Positions 51,109-64,000 of a stretch of DNA of 64,000 bases are shown piece after piece. Under the pieces are notes generated by a model that saw only the letters and a list, made by a program, of their open reading frames with translations, made no database searches and was not told where the DNA came from. Made by a program: the position numbers and the translations under genes. How positions within the stretch are numbered: the stretch's first letter is position 1; the number at the start of each line of letters is the position of its first letter. Source of the stretch: the human T2T-CHM13v2.0 reference genome, Homo sapiens; assembly GCF_009914755.1 (NCBI RefSeq), contig NC_060944.1; one strand, 5' to 3'.

Positions 51109-52744
51109 TCTACTGCACAAGCAAATACCTTGCTTCTAAGGAAGAAGAGGAGGAAGAAGGAGGAAGGAGGAAGAGGCCACTGCTGAGGACGCTCAGAACA
51201 ACAGTGGCCAAGGATGGAGGAAAGTGTGGGAATCTGTCCTACTGAACCCTTCACACAATAGGTGTGATATTCAATCTTAGACCGGGAAGTCTACTATTAG
51301 TACAAGGAAGAAGGTGAAACAATGTCATGGAACCTCATCATGGCCATTCCTGAAGCTGGTATGTGTGATGTGACTGAGAATCAGCAAGTCAAGCCAAGTT
51401 CTAGTGCTATGAATCTTATTGACTCCCACAGGGAAACATCACATCATCCACATAGAGAAATGGAAAGCCTAAAGTGTAGAACTGTTTACTTCCAGTTTAT
51501 TCATACCAGTTGGCTAAATTTGAGAGACATGAGAAAAAATAAGTACAAATGAGCGAGCCTTGGGAGGTAAAGAGTTGGTTATACCGATGGTAAAGGTCAG
51601 TGATGTTCAAACTCTGTCTTCTGAAATTCTGGTGTTCTCAAGCGATCCCTCAGTAGGTGACATGGAGGTGGAGGAGGTGAGAGGAAGACAGAGCAGGAGG
51701 CCAGATGCAGCCAAAGTCTCTGTTTTGAAGGTGTGGGTTCTGCCAGTTACTGGAATGAAGAAAAAGAACATGAATTAGTTTGTATGACATTTCAGTGAGA
51801 TTAAGAAAAGATGGTTTGATGAGTGGGAACAGTTTTAACCTAAACAATTACAAAAGATCATGAGGTATGTTCAGATTCTCCCTTTTTGAAATGAGTGAAA
51901 CACAGAGCCTGAAGATGTTTACTTTTGCAGGTACCTGCTATTTAACACCCACCATGCAGCACCCATGGCTTCATCACATCTGGATTTCAGTTCTCTTTCC
52001 AGCTGAGCCCAGGTGTAACCTCAGAGTATGTCTTAACATGTAACTCTAGGCAATCATTAGCAATTAATTGGAAATGGCTTTGGAAATGAAATTCATTTAA
52101 CAATTTCAGGTTCCAGGAGATAGAAAGACATGTCAATATTTTCTCCAACTACTTACATTTTGGTAGTGTAACAATGATCTTGTATGAGGACAAGACATGA
52201 GCATTTGTGAATTTTCCTAGCTACTCAGCACTGTTTGAAACACCTTTTCTATGACTGGGATATTTTCTACCTTAAAAATAACACTTCCCTAAGAATGGAG
52301 CCCGCAACTCATTTCTTCCCATCCTCCTTGCAGATGGACCTATGCAAGACTTCTGATTGAAAGACAGCAGCATAATGAAGCTGGTGCTTCACAGAATCCA
52401 TATTTGAATAAAGGGAATGGTGAAGGAATCTAGCTTTCTAAGTCATTAATGGTGGAAATTCTGGCACCTGGCTACCAACTTCAGTGGTATGAGCTGAAGT
52501 ATCTTTATCCAACTGCAGCAGAAATTAGGTCCTGGCTGAAGCAGAGGTATCAGAGGTGCTTTCTGAATTGTTGTTGCCTTTATAGCCTCTAGACCTGATG
52601 CTCTAATTCTCCTAGAGATTTTTAAATACTCTTTACTGTTTCTTTTGTGATTAAACTAGCTGGAGTAGATCCTGTTGTTTGCGACTAAGAATTCTGACTC
52701 TGTAGTTTAAAAAAAAAATCTCTAATTCTTCATCCTTCCTTACA

Positions 52745-53578
<834 letters not shown>

Positions 53579-53579
53579 C

Positions 53580-54520
53580 CATGCCATTTGCCATGTAACT
53601 TTGCAGTATCTTCCTACAATAGATGAGCTAAACTGCCCTGCTTCATAACTCTGGACTCAGTCATCTGACTTGATTTGGCCAGAGGGATCTTAGAAGACAT
53701 GATGCAAGGAGAGATTTGAAAAGTGCTTCATGTCTTCATTTGTTCCCTTGCATCTCTGCTATCACCACAGAATGTATCCAGGGCAGCCAATTAAAGGATG
53801 AGAGTTGTGTGGTACAGAGTCTGATATATTGGTTATCTATGACCACATAACAATTTATCTCCAAACTTAGCAGCCTAAAACAATAAATACTTGTCTTTCA
53901 GGATTTCTGTGGTTCAGGAACTCAGCAGCAGTTTAGCTGGTCAGTTCTGGCTCAGGGGTTGCAGTCATCTGAAGGCTTGACTGAGGCTGGAGGACCCATT
54001 TCCAAAACATTCATGTGAATGTCAAATTGGTGCTGGATGTGGAAGCCTTGGTTTCTTGCCATGTGAATTTCTCCATAGGGCTGATTATGTGTCTTCATAA
54101 GATAGCATCTGGCTTCCATGAGACTAAATGATCCAAGAGAACATGGTAGAGGCTACAACGTCTTTTGTGACTAATCCTTAAAATGACTCTGTTGTTTTTG
54201 GAATATCGTATTAGTTACACAGGACAGCTCCATTTTATGTGGGAGGGGACTACATAGGGGCATGAATATTAGGAGGGAAAAGTCACTGAGGACCATCTTG
54301 GAGGATCACAACTACACAGAGTTGCCTGAGTCATTCCAGTTGAGGCCAGCTTAGATCAGCCAGTATCTAGCCTAATGCCAGACATTAGCCCTAGGAGCTT
54401 AGCAGAGCTAGCTGCCCAGGCAACCCCAGCTGGCTCCAGATGTGTAAACAATAAGCGAGGTTTTGTGGTTGTTTGTTTAGCAGCATTCTTATACGCAGCT
54501 ATGAAAATGTGCTGATACAG
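53580..54520. mobile_element. MLT1I/J-like LTR (+) with a nested MLT1F-like LTR (-, ~53825-54318)
   Basis: TTTGCCATGTAACTTTGCAG...; nested CCAAACTTAGCAGCCTAAAACAATAA...GCAGTCATCTGAAGGCTTGACTG; outer element resumes GTTGAGGCCAGCTTAGATCAGCCAG...GCTGATACA. Confidence 0.65.
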
Positions 54521-54814
54521 CACATTAGCGACACTGGAAGAAATTTTACAGGACTATGAATTAGAATTATAAGAATCCCTAGCCTTGGTTTTCCGATTAG
54601 CTAATGCTAAGATTCGTAAATAAATAGGATCTCTACTTTTAGGGATTTATATTCTAATCATTTATATACATTTAAGCATTTGGGCCACTCATTTGTTTCT
54701 CTTGCAAAATAAAGCTCAGGAATAAATGCATGCATTTGCTTTTATTCTGAGTTGTTCACAAACTGCTTTGGTGTATGAAGACTGGAATTATTTTTCCTAG
54801 ACTTTTTGAGATTT

Positions 54815-55440
54815 AAAAAATCACTTTTATTAATCCTAGTTTACATATAATACAATTCACTAATTTTAAGTATACAGTCTGGTGAGTTTTAATGAATGCA
54901 TATAGTCCTGTAGTCATTACCATAATCAAAATATAGCACATGGCCATCAACCCCCAAAGTTTGTTTGTATCACATGCACCTTAAAGCAAACTTATTATTG
55001 AAGTAAAACATATGTGCAAAAAAAAGCATAAGCCATAGGTGTGTAGCTTGATGAATTTTCACCAAGTGTATCCATTATCCCAATCAAGAAATAGAACATA
55101 TAGAAACTCCAGGGGTTCTCACATGTCCCCTTTCCCAAGTGGTAACCACTAACTTAAGTCACCATAGGCTGGTTGCCTGATTGTGAACTTTAATATAAAT
55201 AGAATCATATTATAAGTATTCAATTGTGTCTTTTGTTAAATAATATGCTTGTGAGATTATTTCATATTGTTGCATGTAGTTGTATAATAGTTTATTCTCA
55301 TTGCTGTCTAGTATCCCACTGTCTGAATATATAACAATTTATTTATTCATTTTACTCCTGAGAAACATTTGGGTTGTTTCCAGTGGGGGGCTATTATGAA
55401 TAGACCCGCTATGAACATCCTGGTACATGTTTGTTTGCAT
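54815..55440 (-). mobile_element. Old L1 3'-end fragments (L1MB/L1ME-like)
   Basis: TTTTAAGTATACAGT...ACCATAATCAAAATATAG; CATTTGGGTTGTTTCCAGT...GCTATGAACATCCTGGTACATG. Confidence 0.75.
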
Positions 55441-58249
55441 TTTTTGGTGACTTTCCTTTTGTTAGGGGATAGTAGAAATAGAATAAAAAGTTGCTCATTC
55501 ATTTTTGATCCAATTTGCTATTTTGGGCACTTGCCAGAAAAGAACAGAAATTTCAGAGGCGATTTTACTGATAGAAGATTAGGTCTCAGGTTTATATTTG
55601 CTCTATTTTATGAAAAAAATAAAAATAAAAATGAAGACTGTATTTTGAAATTTGTGAGGCAGGTTACCAAGATGGTCAAATAGTATTCACATTCTAGTCT
55701 CTTGAGTACCAACCCTTCTTCCCTCCCTCCCGCCTTTTTCCTTTTCCCTCTCTATCTTCCTTCCAATCATTTGTAGATGGATATAAATTTTAAAAACTGA
55801 GTTGGATAATCCTCAGGTGGGTTTTTTTTTTCATGAAAATGAAGATAAAGTCAAATGGTTTTCAATTTGCTCTAAATGTTTTATTTTCCTGGGAAATAGC
55901 TTTCAGTTTTTGTAAACACAGACATTTTTGTTGTCTCAAATTTCATTCTGTTTATTACATCCTGCCAGATGGGTCTCCATAAGCCATAAAGAAGGCCAGG
56001 GCAGCCATCGTAACCCACATCCTCTCCATTCCTGAGACTGCTAGCCCTGCCATTACAGGCAACCTACCATTTCATCTGCCATTGATGGTGGGCAAGTTTC
56101 AATTTGGGCTGGACAGACCACAAAATGATCTACAAATGGCAGGTTGCAGGCTATTATTTTGTAGACTATAGGCTAGTTTGAAAGTCCTGTTCCATCTAGG
56201 GAAGCTCACCTGTTCAAAATTGAAATTACTACTGTACAAGGACTAGTGGAGGACAATCCTTATGCTCTACATGCCACACGTGTATTCAGGAAAAAAAACT
56301 ACACATTCTAGTTGCTTCTAGTTCTTTTCTTGGACAAACTACCAGTTAATCTATTTTAGAAAGGTCATTCTACCTGTGGACTTTAAGGTAGACATGAGAG
56401 TTCAGCTCCCCGATGTTCACTCCCCTTTGACCTTTCTCAAGAGCCCTTCATGTCCGAGTCAGGTGGGACCCCACCCCCAGCATCACAGTTGACCCCAACT
56501 GGTTAAGCCAACTGCACTTTAGCCTCTGTGATCTGGTCATCATTGGCCACATGTTGTAAGCCAGGCCCATCTGACCAGTGCATTCACTTTTGTCGCTTTG
56601 GTTTGTGTTATTGGAATAGCAAAATGTCTGCATTTTGCAGGATTTGAAAATGCAATCACCTAGCTTGGGGCTCCTTGCAGTCTTCTTCTCTGCAAGGCCA
56701 CACAGCCCGTTGTGTAAGGAAACAATATCAAGGAAGCAGCATTTGTCATACTTAGGCTCTAGCCTTTCCCCATTCTTCTGAGGTAAGCTTGGGGCAAAAG
56801 CTTTTTTCTCCCTCTCAGTAGGGTCCATATCAGTAAATGCACACCCATTTTCAACAACTGAATTGAGAAACTGTGAGTAGCCAGAGAAGCCGACTACTTC
56901 ATTTAGGGTGACTTTCAATACATTTGCAAAAGAGCCTATAAATAGCCTAAGGGTGAGGTTTCTGTTTCTTCTTCTCAAGGCAGATCGGATTCTGTGAAGT
57001 ACACAGTGCTTGGTGTTACAATCTCATTCTTTTTGAGGTAGAAAACCCACTCAATAGGAATCATTTGCATTTCTATTTGAGCAGCCTGGAGACAAATATA
57101 GTGAAATGAATAGCCTTTTAATTTAATTGGCTTCCCAGTGTGAATCCAAAAATAGAAGGCACAATCCATCCCGGAGTTACTGTAGAAATCACTGAGGGCC
57201 AAAGCCCAGCACATAACACCCCCCACCGCCCCAGAGTCTAAGCATCTTTCTCCCTAATGCCAGACTTCCCATGGAAACCAGGGTGTGGTGGAGCTGGGGG
57301 ATCCAGTCCCTAATGGACACACTATTGTCTATTTACTGGTGATTAGTTTTGGTTAGCGTCTCTTCTCTTCTTCAGATATAAACTATGCTGGATAGTAATA
57401 AGAAGAAAGTCGTATTACATATTCATGTACTTTTCAAAATCAAAATAGAGCCAATGAAGAGAAGAAAGCAAATACATTTTGAGTTTTTAAAAGGAAAATA
57501 CAGGAGGGTATCATAGTGTGGCTAAAAGTAAAAGCCCAGTTAAAAGGCTGCCTGAAAGTTCTGACATCTCTATTTTCTGTCTCTGAGAGCTGAAATTCTG
57601 TTAGAGTCCTGGGGTAAACCTGGCCTTTGCGTTGGAAGTGAAGAAAGGAGAAGGTAGATGCTGCTGGGGCTGCAGGCTAATGTTTCCTATTCTTTCTACA
57701 GTTGAAAGACATCTAAGCAGAATACCAGCCTCTAGTGGTCACTTCTAGAGGAGGATTTGGGGGAGAAGAAGACCAGGTGTAGACATGGTTCCTTATGTTG
57801 CTGGGGAGGGTTGGAGAAGGTAATGGGGACAACATCAGCCTTCTGTGGAGACCAGGTGTTTTCCTCAAATGATCTTTTCTTCTTCACGGACTAAAAGAGC
57901 CATTTATGTCTGGCTTCTCTGAAGCTTCTGTTTTTGTCCTTAAAGGAAAACAAATTCCTTAGGTTGAATAATATGTACTTCTGTAGAATTTTGGGAGAAT
58001 TCAAATGTTGAGGGGAACATATGACAGAAACACCATAAGACATTGTATTTTAAAAATAAGATAATAACTTGCCTTGTTTGGCTAAACCAGAAGGTTCCAG
58101 AGAGGAGAATAACCAGTGTCCTCTTCATCACTGAAAGCTGCCCACTTGATTCAATCCCGTACTTCCAGTAGCAAAGGAAGCATAGCTCAGGTGACCCTCA
58201 CCGACCTCCCCGGGAGCAGGAGCAATTCTTTCCATAGAAGGACTGTTTT

Positions 58250-58571
58250 TTGTTTTGTTTTGTTTTGTTGTTGTTGTTGTTTTGAGACAGGGTCTCACTC
58301 TTGTTGCCCAAGCTGTAGTGCAGTGGTGGGATCTCGGCTCACTGCAGCCTAATCTCAGCCTCCTGGGCTCAATTGACCCTCTCACCTCAGCCTTTCAAGT
58401 AGCTGGAACTACAGGCACGTAACACAATGCCCAGCTAATTTTTGTATTTTTAGTAGAGATGGCATTTTGCTATGTTGCCCAGGCTGGTCTTGAACTCCTG
58501 GACTCAAGAGATCCACCCACTTCAGCCTCCCAAAGTGCTAAGATTACAGGCATGAGCCACTGCACGCAACC
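58250..58571 (-). mobile_element. AluJ
   Basis: GAGACAGGGTCTCACTC...GCAGCCT...CCTCCTGGGCTCAA; TSD AAGGACTGTTTTT/AAGGATTGTCTTT. Confidence 0.9.
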
Positions 58572-58809
58572 AAGGATTGTCTTTTAACCAGGTTCTGTGT
58601 GTGTGTGTGCGTATGTGTTTAATTATTTCTGCAAGACCATGGACCTCTACAAAACTGTATAGGAGGCTCTAGTGAATTTTGGGCTACTCATGTACCCCTG
58701 CCCTCTCCAACTCTCTTGAGTGTTTCTCCTCTCTTCTTGCCTTTCATGTGGTTCCCAGCCATCCTCAACTAACCCTCTACCTGTGTTGGGAACTTGAGTG
58801 GATCACCTC

Positions 58810-59018
58810 ATTTTCTTCCTTCTTTCCTTCCCTCCCTCTTTCCTTTCCTTTCCTTCCCTCCCTCTTTCCTTTCCTTTCCTTCCCTCCCTCTTTCCTTTCC
58901 CTCCCTCCTCCTTTCCTTTCCTTTCCTATCCTTTCCCTCCATCCTCCTTTCCCTCCCCTCCCCTCCTCTCCCTTCCCCTTCCCTTCCCTTCCTTTCCTTT
59001 CCTTTTTTCTTTTTCTTT
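58810..59018 (+). repeat. CT-rich (TTCC/CCCT) polypyrimidine tract
   Basis: About 200 nt almost free of purines. Confidence 0.92.
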
Positions 59019-59301
59019 CAGACTGAGTCTCCCTTTGTCGCCCAGGCTGGAGTGCAGTTGTGCAATCTCAGCTCACTGCAACCTCCGCCTCCTGGGTTTC
59101 AAATGATTCTCCTGCCTCACTCTCCCAAGTAGCTGGGATTATAGCTATGTGCCACGACACCAGGCTAATTTTTGTATTTTAAGTAGAGACAGGGTTTCAC
59201 CATGTTGGCCAGGCTGATCTCGAACTCCTTACCTCAAGTGATCCACCTGCCTCAGCCTCCCAAAATGCTAGGATTTCAGGCGTAAGCCACCACTCCTGGC
59301 C
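59003..59301 (-). mobile_element. AluSx-like
   Basis: Full Alu dimer; CCTCAAGTGATCCACCTGCC. Confidence 0.9.
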
Positions 59302-60005
59302 CCTTAGTTACTTTTCAGAACAACCTGAAGAGGAAGGTCAAATTGTTTGTTCCATTTCACAAATGAAGAAAGTGAGCCCTAGAGAAGTGTCCCAAGTTCC
59401 CCTAGTATTCACATTCTAGTCAGGCATTTCTGAAGCTCTGAGCAACCCCTACATCCCTAAGAAATATATCTCCATTTGGGAAATACTAGTTGCTAGGAGA
59501 GGTTGAGGATGTGGTAGTTCTTTAGGGTAAATCGCTGTTAGGACCACCTGACGTGTGAAGTCTGATTCTACACTGGCCATCTCACCTGGGGGAGGGAGGC
59601 ACCTGCTTAGATGGGATAAGTGGAACCAACCAAGTAGGGATGGATTCCCTGGCTTTGCAAACAATGACAACTTTCTTTATTTTGGCCAACACTTGTCATC
59701 CTCCTATGGTGTCAAGTATGGCACTACTCACTAATAACACTAAAAGAGACAGTGTTACTTAGAGAGCAGAACCGGCAGTAAAGAGAAACATGCTTTGCTG
59801 CTGGCTCTGTCACTAGCTGTCTTGTAACACAGGGCAGGCCCCGCTTTGGGCTTCAGTTTTTCATCTGTGGCATGAGGGCTTTTCATTAGGTAATTGCTAA
59901 GGTCACTATTTTAGTTAAACTGCTTGCAAAAAGGAATTAAATCTTCATTTAATGTATGCACAGTACAAACTGGAAACCTTTGAGTACAAAGGTTTCCAGT
60001 CAACT

Positions 60006-60080
60006 TGTGTGTGTGTATGTGTGTGTATGTGTGTGTATATGTGTGTGCGTGTGTGTGTGTGTATGTGTGTGTGTGTGTGT
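60006..60080 (+). repeat. (TG)n microsatellite, imperfect
   Basis: Directly visible. Confidence 0.95.
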
Positions 60081-60734
60081 ACATTCTTGCCTTTATCTCT
60101 CTCACCTTTGGGATCATTTCTGACTTCCTTCTTGGTCTGTTAATAATTAATAGCACTGACATTTATAAGCCAGTGGTAATATGTTTCGATTTTATCATTT
60201 CTTTTCATGAATTATGGATATCATTAAAAAGAGATATTTTAGAAGTCCGGAAAGGGAATGGAAGTTGCTGGGGGGTCAGAGGAGGGTAGAGGGCACACAA
60301 CCTTGCTCTGCCATCATCTGTCAGGTTTCATAAATTACTTTCAGCTTGAAAGAATTTGAAACGGCTGGTGGCTCCTGTCCGTTCTTCACATCTCCTTCGT
60401 GGGTGGGAAGACAGCCACAGCTGGAACACAGATTTATAACTAGAGCTGTGAACCCCTCCACCTATGAAGAAGTAGATCACCACCGAAAGTGGGTCTCCCT
60501 TAGATGCCATTCAAGACTGTAAATCCCAGAACTGCTCAATTGACAAACTCAAATTTCCCGCAGACCTGGAATCATAAAACGGAAGTTCTCATGCTGACAT
60601 TGTCTCTGGCCAACTGTGGCTTTGAACAAGGCGATGAACCTGTGGGCTTCCTTATTTCTAAAATATTAAAACAATGCCAGACTCATCTTGTTAATAAGAC
60701 TGTTTTGAGAGTAAAATTAAATTGTGAGTCTTAA

Positions 60735-61012
60735 AAACAAACAAAACATACATTCTTTGAAAGACACCATTAAGGAAAAACGGCAAAAAAAGGCAAGCCA
60801 CAAACTGGGGGAAAATATTTCCCAAACATAACAAACAAAGCATTTGTATCTAGAATATATATATATATAAACCTCTTATATCTCAATAATAAGAGAAAAC
60901 ATCTGATTTAAAAATGGGTAAAATATTTGAATAGACACTTTGTAAAAGAATATTATAGTCAAAAATGTACAAATAAAATGGTTTTCATTTCTCTATATGA
61001 ATTTTATCTTGT
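60735..61012 (+). mobile_element. Old L1M ORF2/3' fragment
   Basis: AAAGACACCATTAAG...GGCAAGCCACAAACTGGGGGAAAATATTT...GTATCTAGAATATAT...AAAAATGGG...TTGAATAGACACTTT. Confidence 0.75.
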
Positions 61013-61020
61013 ATATTTGA

Positions 61021-61338
<318 letters not shown>

Positions 61339-61434
61339 GATATTACTATGTTTTAAAGTTTACTTATCTTTTCTTCTGTTAATATTACTCAGTATAATTA
61401 TTTTATTGCACACATTTTTCTCCATTGTGTTTTT

Positions 61435-61488
61435 CTCTTCTTTCTTTTCTTTTCTTTCTTTCTCTCCTTCTTTCTTTCTTTTCTTTTC

Positions 61489-61544
<56 letters not shown>

Positions 61545-61880
61545 TGTTTCCTTCCTTCTTTCTTTCTTTCTTTTTCTTTCTTTTTTTTTTTTTGAGACAG
61601 GGTCTTGCTCTGTTGCCCGGGCTAGAGTGCAGTGGCACAGTCATAGCTCACTGCTGTCTCGAACTCCAGGGCTTAAGTGATCATCCTGCCTCAGCCTCCC
61701 AGAATAGCTCCCAGAGTAGCTGAGACTACGGGTGTGCACCACCACACTCAGCTATTTTTTTAAAAATATGTTGTAGAGAGAGGGTCTTTCTATGCTGCCT
61801 AAGCTCCTGGGCTCAAGTTGTCCTTTAGCCTTGGCCTCCCAAAGTGCTGATGTTACAGACATGAGCCACCACGCCCAGCC
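61435..61880 (-). mobile_element. AluJ with (TTTC)n-expanded tail (61435-61592)
   Basis: TSD TCCATTGTGTTTTT (61421) / TCCACTGTGTTTTT (61881). Confidence 0.9.
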
Positions 61881-63140
<1,260 letters not shown>

Positions 63141-63261
63141 AAATGTGTGTATTTCGCTGCATGTAAGTTATACTTCCTCATGAACTATCATGATGCACTC
63201 TCTTCCATGAGACTACATCATAACCTGGACACTCAGGATAATTTTGTAAAACTCCGCATGT

Positions 63262-63778
63262 TGTGGAGGGGCTAAAAAGTAACAGAGGAGACTGGCTAGA
63301 AATTGCAGAGCAGTGTGTAACTGAGCCCCGTAGCTCTGCTATAAATGCATCACCCATATGGTTACTGCAACCCATGCCATTTCAGAGTCAGCTGGCTGTG
63401 CATCACTTTGCCTGGCTATGCTCAGGGCAGGCTGGAAGTGCTGCAGAATCAACTCCTTTCAGAGCAGTCTTCAACCACTGACTGGTGGGAATTGTAGATG
63501 AACACTCCAGCGACTTCATCCTCAGGGAGATAACTCTGCAGAGTGTCTTCTACATTGTTTCCAGACTTGCCAAGAAAAATCAACCTCCAGTTGCTCACAG
63601 CGGTGACTTGTTTGTTAACACACCCTTTCTTCACTACCCTTCATGCCCTGTCTCGTGTATTTCCTCCTCTCCACTCCACCCCACAATTAGTATTTTCTGA
63701 GATTACCCTCTAAAGTAAGCCACTTATAGATGAATACTTGTCTCAGGGTCTGCTTCTGGGGGAGCCCTAACTATGACA
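63262..63778 (+). mobile_element. LTR16/LTR33-like ERVL LTR
   Basis: 3' end CTTGTCTCAGGGTCTGCTTCTGGGGGAGCCCTAACTATGACA. Confidence 0.6.
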
Positions 63779-64000
63779 GTAACCGACAGTGCCTTAATCA
63801 GGCTACCCACTGGTCAGCCATTCCCCACTGGGGAAAGACCAGAGTCCCACAAGCCCAGTCTGTTCCCAGTTCCCTGCTTATCCTTACCTATGATCTCACA
63901 CATGAATGATGTAGCATGTCTTTTGCTGGTGGAAGTATGAAATGATAATCCATTTCTGGAGGACAATTTGGGCAGTAAATACAGATTTGAAAATGCTTAT

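Overview
Primate, most likely human, genomic DNA. Bases 3-959 are the 5'-truncated last coding exon of BTBD3 (BACK region plus C-terminal PHR domain), followed by a ~2.9-kb AT-rich 3' UTR ending at AATAAA 3870-3875. The remaining ~60 kb shows no credible protein-coding gene. It is intergenic DNA made of ~22 old MaLR/ERVL LTRs, 12 Alus, L1/L2/MIR fragments, DNA-transposon fossils and simple repeats. Repeat names come from recalled consensus sequences, so subfamilies and boundaries are approximate. I found no convincing new multi-gene system. The best leads are an orphan CpG micro-island at ~36.25-36.40 kb with a 5' splice donor, a templated fold-back insertion forming a perfect 24-bp hairpin inside an Alu at ~31.01-31.07 kb, a TGTCA (TALE homeodomain) motif cluster at ~13.5-14.1 kb, a miRNA-seed/UGUA cluster before the BTBD3 poly(A) site, and an old local duplication of a decayed L2 segment.
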